From: Erythrobacter sp. | GTDB taxonomy: Bacteria > Pseudomonadota > Alphaproteobacteria > Sphingomonadales > Sphingomonadaceae | Assembly (NCBI GenBank): GCA_039988235.1 | Contig: JBDXKB010000004.1 | Location: 185,643 to 249,642, forward strand | DNA length: 64,000 nt | Reading direction: 5' to 3' | Shown: positions 56,969 through 64,000 of the stretch, piece by piece | Position numbering within the stretch: position 1 is the first letter of the stretch | Layout of the letters: the number at the start of each line of letters is the position of its first letter | Made by a program: the position numbers and the translations under genes | The notes under the pieces: generated by a model | What the model was told of the DNA's origin: nothing | Seen by the model: the letters and a program-made list of their open reading frames with translations, nothing else | The model's database searches: none

Positions 56969-58996
56969 ATGACACAACTCCTCAAGATCAGCCTTCCCGA
57001 TGGCACTGTCCGCGAAGTGGAAGAAGGATCAACGCCTGCCGACATTGCGGCTGCGATCGGTCCGGGCCTTGCTAAGGCTGCGCTGGCGGCGCGTGTGGAC
57101 CATGGTTCGGGCGCGGAAGTGCGTGACATTAATCGTCCATTTGAGGGCGATGCTCAGCTGGAATTGATCACTTCGCGCGACGAGGAAGATGCGCTCGAGT
57201 TGGTTCGCCATGACTATGCGCATATTCTGGCAGAGGCGGTTCAGGCGCTTTGGCCGGGCACTCAAATCACCTTTGGTCCGGCGACCGATGACGGATTTTA
57301 CTATGACGTGATGGCACCAGCCGATCGCGATCCGTTCAGCATGGATGATTTGCCCGCAATCGAAGCCAAGATGCGCGAGATTATCGCGGCCGACAAACCG
57401 CTGGTGCGCGAGGTTTGGTCGCGCGAAGCTTTGATCGAAAAATGGTCGTCCGATGGCGAGGCGTTCAAGGCAGAATGGGCCAAGGAACTGCCCGAAAATG
57501 AAGAGCTGACCGTATATTGGTCGGGCGAACCTCGATCAGAAGGGGCGTGGCTCGATATGTGCCGCGGGCCCCATCTGGCTAGCACGGGAAAGCTTGATCC
57601 AGCCGCGTTCAAACTGTTGCGCGTGGCGGGCGCCTATTGGCGCGGCGATCAACGCAATGCTCAGCTGACGCGGATTTACGGCACCGGCTGGCTCAATAAG
57701 AAACAGCTCAAGCAGCATCTTCACAATCTGGAAGAGGCGGGCAAACGCGATCACCGCAAATTGGGCCGCGAGATGGAATTGTTCCACCTCCAGGAAGAGG
57801 CGCATGGCAGCGTTTTCTGGCACCCCAAGGGCTATATGATCTGGCGTGAGCTGGAGGCCTATATGCGCCGCGCGATTGACGAAGGCGGCTATCAAGAGGT
57901 CAAGACGCCTCAGGTGATCGATGCCAAGCAATGGGAGAAATCCGGCCATTGGGGCAAATATCGCGAGAACATGTTTGTCGTGCCGGACGAGGTGCCCAAC
58001 ACCGAGGATGAGGGCGAGGTTATCTCTGGCGATGCCGATTGGATGGCGATCAAGCCGATGAATTGCCCGGCCCATGTTCTGGTCTTTAAGCAGGGCATCA
58101 CATCCTATCGCGATCTGCCGCTGCGGATGTATGAAAACGGCTGCTGCCATCGCAATGAACCGCATGGCGCTCTGCATGGATTGATGCGTGTGCGCCAATT
58201 CACTCAGGATGATGCCCATATCTTCTGCACCGAAGATCAGATCATCGACGAGGTTCAGAAATTCTGCCAGCTGGCGGACCGGGTCTATAAGGACTTCGGC
58301 TTTACCTATAAAATCAAGCTCGCTTTGCGGCCTGAGCAACGCTTTGGCTCGGACGAGGATTGGGACAAAGCCGAATCCGAACTGCGCCAAGCGGTGGTGG
58401 ATGCTGGCATGGCTACGGAAGAATATGGTTGGGGCGAATTGCCCGGCGAAGGGGCATTTTATGCGCCCAAGCTGGAATGGCATTTGACCGACGCCATCGG
58501 GCGCACATGGCAGGTTGGAACGATCCAATCAGACCGGGTATTGCCCGAACGATTGGATGCGACCTATATTGGCGAAGACGGCGGACGGCATCGTCCGGTC
58601 ATGCTGCATCGGGCGATTTTCGGGTCATACGAACGCTTCATCGGCATTCTGATCGAGCATTTTGCCGGGCGTTTGCCAGTGTGGCTCGCGCCAGTGCAAG
58701 CGGTTGTCGCGCCGATTGTCACCGATGTTAATGGATATGCCAATCAGTTGGAGGCCAAGCTGAAAGCGGCTGGCATTCGGGTGGAAACCGATCTGCGCAA
58801 CGAGAAGATCAACTATAAGGTGCGCGAGCATAGCCTTGCCAAAGTCCCGCATTTGCTGGTTGTCGGCAAGCGCGAGGAAGATGAAGGCACCGTCGCCATG
58901 CGGACACTGGGCGAGAAGGAGCAGCGCGTCTTGTCGCTCGACGATGCGATTGCCTTCTTGACCGACGCAGCGACACCGCCGGATTTGAAAGGGTGA
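56969..58996 (+). CDS. thrS: Threonine--tRNA ligase
   Basis: TGS domain, [55 protein letters not shown]. Confidence 0.98.
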   Translation: MTQLLKISLPDGTVREVEEGSTPADIAAAIGPGLAKAALAARVDHGSGAEVRDINRPFEGDAQLELITSRDEEDALELVRHDYAHILAEAVQALWPGTQITFGPATDDGFYYDVMAPADRDPFSMDDLPAIEAKMREIIAADKPLVREVWSREALIEKWSSDGEAFKAEWAKELPENEELTVYWSGEPRSEGAWLDMCRGPHLASTGKLDPAAFKLLRVAGAYWRGDQRNAQLTRIYGTGWLNKKQLKQHLHNLEEAGKRDHRKLGREMELFHLQEEAHGSVFWHPKGYMIWRELEAYMRRAIDEGGYQEVKTPQVIDAKQWEKSGHWGKYRENMFVVPDEVPNTEDEGEVISGDADWMAIKPMNCPAHVLVFKQGITSYRDLPLRMYENGCCHRNEPHGALHGLMRVRQFTQDDAHIFCTEDQIIDEVQKFCQLADRVYKDFGFTYKIKLALRPEQRFGSDEDWDKAESELRQAVVDAGMATEEYGWGELPGEGAFYAPKLEWHLTDAIGRTWQVGTIQSDRVLPERLDATYIGEDGGRHRPVMLHRAIFGSYERFIGILIEHFAGRLPVWLAPVQAVVAPIVTDVNGYANQLEAKLKAAGIRVETDLRNEKINYKVREHSLAKVPHLLVVGKREEDEGTVAMRTLGEKEQRVLSLDDAIAFLTDAATPPDLKG

Positions 58997-58998
58997 TT

Positions 58999-59406
58999 AT
59001 GAAGAATTCCGTTTTTGTTTTGCCGGCTTTTGCCCTGCTTGCGGTTGGCGGCTTGACCGCCTGTGGAGCAGAAAATGCTGAGCCTGCCGCGACAATGCAC
59101 GGTGGCATGGATCACTCCCAACATACCGCCTCGGCGCAAGACCAGAATGATGCTCAGCGTGCCTATGCCGAAGTGAATGATCGGATGCATGAGGGCATGT
59201 CTCAAATCGATGCGGATGCCGATGTTGCTTTCATGGAAGGCATGCTTGCCCACCATCGCGGCGCGGTGGAAATGTCCGAGGTCGAGCTGCAATATGGTAG
59301 CGACGAGCAAGCACGCGATCTGGCTCAGCGCATCATTGATGCACAGCAAGCGGAAATCGAAGAGATGGAAGTGTGGTTGGCTGATCGCACCGCAACGGGC
59401 GACTAA
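58999..59406 (+). CDS. DUF305 / CopM-like metal-binding lipoprotein
   Basis: Lipobox LTAC, MHGGMDH, MHEGM, FMEGMLAHHRGAVEMS, IIDAQQAEI. Confidence 0.88.
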   Translation: MKNSVFVLPAFALLAVGGLTACGAENAEPAATMHGGMDHSQHTASAQDQNDAQRAYAEVNDRMHEGMSQIDADADVAFMEGMLAHHRGAVEMSEVELQYGSDEQARDLAQRIIDAQQAEIEEMEVWLADRTATGD

Positions 59407-59419
59407 ATCTAACTGTCAG

Positions 59420-59545
59420 TCAAAAAGGAAACGCGCGGTCTGCGGCGACTAGCGCCAAGGCGCATGTGCACACCAGAATGGAGCGGAATGCTTCCATTTG
59501 ATATTCCGCAAACCGCGCGCGTGAAAGTGATATGACTTTGGACAT
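59420..59545 (-). CDS. Small protein, 41 aa (below the ORF-track cutoff)
   Basis: Read by hand: MSKVISLSRARFAEYQMEAFRSILVCTCALALVAADRAFPF. Hydrophobic C-terminal half; a CtrA-like box lies upstream. Confidence 0.62.
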   Translation of the reverse strand: MSKVISLSRARFAEYQMEAFRSILVCTCALALVAADRAFPF

Positions 59546-59568
59546 GGGTTCAATATCGCGGCCATATC

Positions 59569-59583
59569 CTAAGGATGGGTTAA
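59569..59583 (-). promoter_or_regulatory. CtrA-like box TTAA-N7-TTAG
   Basis: Plus strand CTAA-GGATGGG-TTAA, one mismatch from consensus, about 24 nt upstream of the 41-aa ORF. Confidence 0.55.
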
Positions 59584-59587
59584 AGCT

Positions 59588-60562
59588 CTAACTGAGCTTT
59601 GGCATCTGCTGGCTGGCGCAGTGAAATCCGCCACCACCGGCCAGAACCGCGCTTGCGGGAAGGCCGATGGTCGCCCGATCCGGGAACAGCGCCGCAATCG
59701 CCTCGACCGCTGCCTCGTCCTGAGCAGAGCCGAATGTCGGCACGATCACCGCATGTGAGGTAATCGCAAAATTGACATAGCTGGCGGGCTCTATCGCCCC
59801 ATCGCGCATGATCAGGCCGGGCGAGGGGATGGAGACCACGTCCAGTCCAAAAGCCTGCGCCCGCCCGGTGGCATCGGCATAAATCGCGGCATTGGGATCG
59901 TCCTCTTCCGTTGCCCGTGGCACCACCAAACGGCCCGGAGCGACAAAGCGAGCGAGATTGTCGACATGGCCATCGGTGTGATCGTTGATCAGTCCGTCGC
60001 CCAGCCACAGCACCCGGTCGAAGCCGAGGTCAGTGTGAAGCACAGCCTCAATCTGCGCTTTGTTCATGGCAGGGTTGCGATTGGGGTTGAGCAGGCACTG
60101 TTCGGTCGTCACGACAAGGCCAGTTCCGTCGCCATCAATCGCGCCGCCCTCCAAAACATAGGCTGCGCTTTGGATGGGGAGGTCTGCTGACTGAGCCAGC
60201 TCGTCCCCGATCGTCTCGTCACCGGCCATTTGATATTTTCCGCCCCAACCATTGAACGCTGGCCGCAAGGCTGTGCCATCGCTGCGAACCAGCGGGCCGG
60301 TGTCGCGCAGCCAGATGTCGCCATAGGCGCGCCTTTCCAGCGTTATCGCCTCGCTGACCAAGGCGCGGGCGCTGGCCTCGTTCGCCTCATCACGAACAAT
60401 CAAGCGCACTTGCTGTCCGCTGTCCGCCACCGCATTGGCGAAGGCTGCGACTTCTTCCTGTGCAGCCTCAAGGAAGCCGGGCCATTCCTCGGCGAGATGC
60501 GGAAAGCCGATCCACAGCCAATCCTGCGGCGCCCATTCGGGCGGCATCAATCCATCGGACAT
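59588..60562 (-). CDS. Agmatine deiminase (Porphyromonas-type peptidyl-arginine deiminase family)
   Basis: MPPEWAP, DIWLRDTGP, LEGG, DHTDGHVD, SYVNF, GGGFHCASQQ. Start at ATG 60562. Confidence 0.93.
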   Translation of the reverse strand: MSDGLMPPEWAPQDWLWIGFPHLAEEWPGFLEAAQEEVAAFANAVADSGQQVRLIVRDEANEASARALVSEAITLERRAYGDIWLRDTGPLVRSDGTALRPAFNGWGGKYQMAGDETIGDELAQSADLPIQSAAYVLEGGAIDGDGTGLVVTTEQCLLNPNRNPAMNKAQIEAVLHTDLGFDRVLWLGDGLINDHTDGHVDNLARFVAPGRLVVPRATEEDDPNAAIYADATGRAQAFGLDVVSIPSPGLIMRDGAIEPASYVNFAITSHAVIVPTFGSAQDEAAVEAIAALFPDRATIGLPASAVLAGGGGFHCASQQMPKLS

Positions 60563-60581
60563 TACCCGTTTTCCAAGCGGC

Positions 60582-62264
60582 TCAGCAGCCGCTTTCGTTG
60601 GCGGCGCAGCTTTCATCGCGAGTGGCTTTGAACTCGTCCCCTTCGACCCAATTGGGCCAGCTGGAACTTTCACCCAGCATCCGTCCAAGAGTATAGAGCA
60701 GTCGCAAATTGCTCATCACGCCTGACCAGTCCCAACTCTCGTCAAATTCATCCTTGGGTCCGTGATAGGCGTCGGCATAATACGTCGCAGAAATTGCTGC
60801 TCCAGCCTCTTTCCCGCCATCGATCAAGTCTTCACCATCGCGGATGTAGAACATAGGCACGCCGCGCTTGGCCAGTGCGAAATGGTCGGAGCGATAGTAA
60901 AAGCCAGCCTGCGGTGTTGGGTCTGGCGTGGCGGCTTTACCGGTTTTGGCAAGCGCAGATTCGAGAAACTGATCGAGCTGAGACTTGCCGCCGCCAACAA
61001 CGGTGACGTTCCGTGCCTCGGGCATAACCTTAAACGCATCCATATTCACACCGCCCACGGTCTGTGCGAGCGGGAAGACTGGGTTTGCGGCGTAATAATC
61101 TGCACCCAACAGGCCCTGCTCCTCAGCGGTTACCGCGAGGAACACCAGACTGCGTTTGGGCGCGCCAGATTTGATATGGGCCTCAGCCAAAGCAACCAGG
61201 GCTGCTGTGCCGGTCGCATTGTCGACCGCGCCGTTGCAGATGTCATCGCCATCTGGTGCCGCTGGGCAGCGACCGAGATGGTCCCAATGGGCGGTATGGA
61301 TGACATATTCATCGGGTGCCTCTGTTCCCGGCAACACGCCGATTACATTTTGTGAGGCATAGGTGCGTACATCATTGCGGAAGCTGGTCGATGCGGTCAG
61401 TCCAAGCGGCACCGCAGCAAAACCTTGCTCCTTTGCCGCAGCGCTCAATGCGTCCAGATCCTGTCCCGCTGCGGCCAGAACTTCGCGTGCGCTCTCTTTC
61501 TGAATCCAACCATTCATGGTGGTCATCGGTGGAGGGTTTTCGCCGCGTTGGGCATAGGCTTGCGGGCCTGACCAAGAGCTCGAAACGACATTCCAACCGT
61601 AAGAGGCAGGCTCTGTATCATGGACAATGATCGCGCCTGCCGCGCCCTGCCGTGCCGCCTCTTCATATTTATAGCTCCAGCGACCGTAATATGTCATCGC
61701 GCGGCCATTGAAGGGGCCGTCCAACCCCTCGGTCTCGTAATCGGGATCATTGACCAGAATGACGGCGGTTTTGCCCGCCATATCCAGCCCTTCATAATCA
61801 TTCCAGTCACGCTCTGGAGCATTGATGCCATAGCCGACGAACACCAGCTCGCTGTCTTCAAGCGTAGTGTTCACTTCTTCGCGATAGGTCACCCCGACCC
61901 ATTCGTCGAAGAAAGCGTAGGACAGATCGACATTCTCCCCACTTATCGTCAGGGGGGCATGATCCTTGCCTGTAATTTCGACCAAGGGAACTTCTTGTAT
62001 CCAGCTGCCATTGTTACCTGGTTGAAGCCCCACTTCAGCGAATTTCTCGGTCAGCAAAGCGATCGTTTTTTCTTCGCCTGCGGTGCCTGGCATGCGCCCT
62101 TCAAACTCGTCCGAGGACAGAGTGCGGGTGATGTCGATCATTGTCGCTTCGGACAAATCGCCCGCTTCAACTTCGGGAATGTCGAGCTGGTCACCTGCTT
62201 CGGTCAAGCCGCCGCATGCAGTCAGGGCGAGCGCCGATAATGCTGCAAATGTGTGTTTGATCAT
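60582..62264 (-). CDS. M28 family metallopeptidase lipoprotein (PA domain)
   Basis: Lipobox LTAC, FEGRMPGT, AHWDHLG, NGAVDNATG, TAEEQG, RSDH. Confidence 0.93.
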   Translation of the reverse strand: MIKHTFAALSALALTACGGLTEAGDQLDIPEVEAGDLSEATMIDITRTLSSDEFEGRMPGTAGEEKTIALLTEKFAEVGLQPGNNGSWIQEVPLVEITGKDHAPLTISGENVDLSYAFFDEWVGVTYREEVNTTLEDSELVFVGYGINAPERDWNDYEGLDMAGKTAVILVNDPDYETEGLDGPFNGRAMTYYGRWSYKYEEAARQGAAGAIIVHDTEPASYGWNVVSSSWSGPQAYAQRGENPPPMTTMNGWIQKESAREVLAAAGQDLDALSAAAKEQGFAAVPLGLTASTSFRNDVRTYASQNVIGVLPGTEAPDEYVIHTAHWDHLGRCPAAPDGDDICNGAVDNATGTAALVALAEAHIKSGAPKRSLVFLAVTAEEQGLLGADYYAANPVFPLAQTVGGVNMDAFKVMPEARNVTVVGGGKSQLDQFLESALAKTGKAATPDPTPQAGFYYRSDHFALAKRGVPMFYIRDGEDLIDGGKEAGAAISATYYADAYHGPKDEFDESWDWSGVMSNLRLLYTLGRMLGESSSWPNWVEGDEFKATRDESCAANESGC

Positions 62265-62398
62265 GGCCTATGGGGCTCCTCTTATTCGCTTTATTGCCGC
62301 CGTCATTGCAGAGCGACCAAAAATGGGCAAGCTGGCCGATGATTTGATTGCCTCATGCAAGCTTGTGCTGTTCGCGCGCTACGGGCAGGAGAGCGCAG

Positions 62399-64000
62399 AT
62401 GGCGATTGATTGGCAAAATGCATTGGCGCGGGCGCAGGCAGAGGCGCCCTTTCTGGCGCAGGCTTTGCGTCGTCAGCCAGAACTTGCTGACCGGTTGGCG
62501 GCTGGCGATGGCGCCGCGGCGCTCGCATGGGCCAAGCAAGCGGGAGACAGTACGCAAGACGTCGCGGTTGCACTTCGGCGGGAAAAACTGGCGCTGGCCA
62601 CGGCATTGGCGATCGGCGATTTGGCGGGCGCGTTTCCGCTGAGCCAAGTGATGGGTGAGCTGTCCGAATTTGCCGACCGTGCGCTAACCCAGGCTATCAA
62701 TGCCGCGATCATTCGCCGGATGCCCGATGCCCAGCCGCACGGCATGTTCGGGCTGGCGCTGGGCAAGCATGGAGCGGGCGAGCTCAATTACAGTTCAGAC
62801 ATTGATCCGATCCTGCTCTATGATCCCGACACTTTGCCCCGGCGTGAGCGTGACGAGCCGGGCGAGGCGGCGCAGCGATATGCCCGTGAAGTTGTCAATA
62901 CGCTCAGTGAGAATACGGCTGAAGGCTATGTCTTCCGGGTCGATTTGCGCCTGCGACCCGCTTCCGAAGTCAGCCCGTTGGCCATCTCGTGTCCGGCCGC
63001 CCTATCGCATTATGAAAGCTCTGCCTTAGCCTGGGAGCGGGCGGCTTTTATCCGCGCTCGCTCGGCCTCAGGGGATATTGCAGCAGGGGAGGAGTTTCTT
63101 GCTGCGATCAACAATTTCATCTGGCGAAGCAGCCTCGATTACGGAGCGATTGAAGAGATACGGCGCCTGACGCAGCGTATCCGCGCCAATTACGACGGGC
63201 CGCAAACTCCGGGGGCGGAATTTGATCTCAAGCATGGCCGTGGCGGCATCAGAGAGATCGAGTTTTTCGCCCAGACTCACCAATTGATCCACGGCGGCCG
63301 GGACCGCTCCTTGCGGGTGCGCGGAACCAGAGGCGCGCTGGATGCCTTGGCAAATTCTGGCCATATCCCTGTCGCAGAGGCGAGCGCTCTCGGCGATGCT
63401 TATGACCGGTTGCGGGTGATCGAACACCGGCTGCAAATGGTCAATGACCGGCAGACGCATGCTCTGCCATCGGGCGATGCGCTGGACTCGGTTGCTCGGC
63501 TCGATGGGCTCGACAATGGTGCAGCGCTGGTTGCCGAGATAACCCAAATCACCGACCGGGTTGCGGCGGCTTACGACACATTGATCGGGGAGGATGAAGG
63601 GCCGGAGGGATTGGGAGCAAAACCGGCGTCGCTGTCCGATCAATTGAGCAAACGCGGCTTCGCTGATCCGGGCCGCCTCGCACAACGGATCGCGGGATGG
63701 CGCGACGGACGTTATCGTGCCTTGCGCAGTCCGGCTGCGCTCAGCGCATTTGATGCTTTGCTGCCTGCGCTGATTGACGCCTTTGCCGATGCCGATGATC
63801 CCGACCGTGCCTTGCTGCGGTGGGAAAGCCTACTGACCCATGCCTCCTCTGCGATCAATCTGTTCCGCCTCTTGGAAGCGCGGCCAGCCTTGCTCGATCA
63901 GTTGGTCGCCATTCTGACGCTTGCTCCGACTTTGGCGGATGAGTTGGGCCGCCGCCCCGGCCTGCTCGACACTTTGATTGATCACAGCGCGCTCGATCTG
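62399..64000 (+). CDS. glnE: Bifunctional glutamine synthetase adenylyltransferase/adenylyl-removing enzyme (partial, runs off the window)
   Basis: ATG 62399 after AGGAGAG; LGKHGAGELNYSSDID, RVDLRLRP, WERAAFIRAR, GGIREIEF. Absent from the ORF track, presumably because no stop lies inside the window. Confidence 0.93.
   Translation, partial: MAIDWQNALARAQAEAPFLAQALRRQPELADRLAAGDGAAALAWAKQAGDSTQDVAVALRREKLALATALAIGDLAGAFPLSQVMGELSEFADRALTQAINAAIIRRMPDAQPHGMFGLALGKHGAGELNYSSDIDPILLYDPDTLPRRERDEPGEAAQRYAREVVNTLSENTAEGYVFRVDLRLRPASEVSPLAISCPAALSHYESSALAWERAAFIRARSASGDIAAGEEFLAAINNFIWRSSLDYGAIEEIRRLTQRIRANYDGPQTPGAEFDLKHGRGGIREIEFFAQTHQLIHGGRDRSLRVRGTRGALDALANSGHIPVAEASALGDAYDRLRVIEHRLQMVNDRQTHALPSGDALDSVARLDGLDNGAALVAEITQITDRVAAAYDTLIGEDEGPEGLGAKPASLSDQLSKRGFADPGRLAQRIAGWRDGRYRALRSPAALSAFDALLPALIDAFADADDPDRALLRWESLLTHASSAINLFRLLEARPALLDQLVAILTLAPTLADELGRRPGLLDTLIDHSALDL

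Noticed and set aside
58996-59406. thrS not followed by infC
   Set aside because: Gene-order shuffling at this junction is unremarkable and I see no infC remnant.

Overview
A ~64 kb chromosomal stretch of an alphaproteobacterium. The gene content and protein style point to Sphingomonadales, most likely Erythrobacteraceae (inference). I see no mobile element, prophage or CRISPR array. The window holds about 55 CDSs and two tRNAs, tRNA-Arg(CCG) and tRNA-Leu(TAA). Main loci: a LacI-controlled beta-glucoside/glucan uptake locus (TonB-dependent receptor, MFS, GH3, Na+/sugar symporter) with a divergent flavin-dependent halogenase; housekeeping genes (rpe, purH, dxs, ihfB, queG, gdhB, thrS, partial glnE); and several lipid/envelope modules. 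Best candidates for undescribed biology: (1) an operon at 37346-41263 encoding a UDP-galactopyranose-mutase-like flavoenzyme, a GtrA flippase and a membrane protein that keeps the STT3/AglB oligosaccharyltransferase catalytic motifs but has a rewritten WWDYG motif; (2) a lipid kinase translationally coupled to a Tam41-like nucleotidyltransferase; (3) a Thr-rich leader peptide with attenuator-like pairings but no U-tract upstream of thrS; (4) three sub-60-aa ORFs missed by the ORF track, a candidate sRNA, and readable operators (SOS box, LacI, XRE, CtrA-like). All family assignments come from motif recognition by eye; no database search was run.
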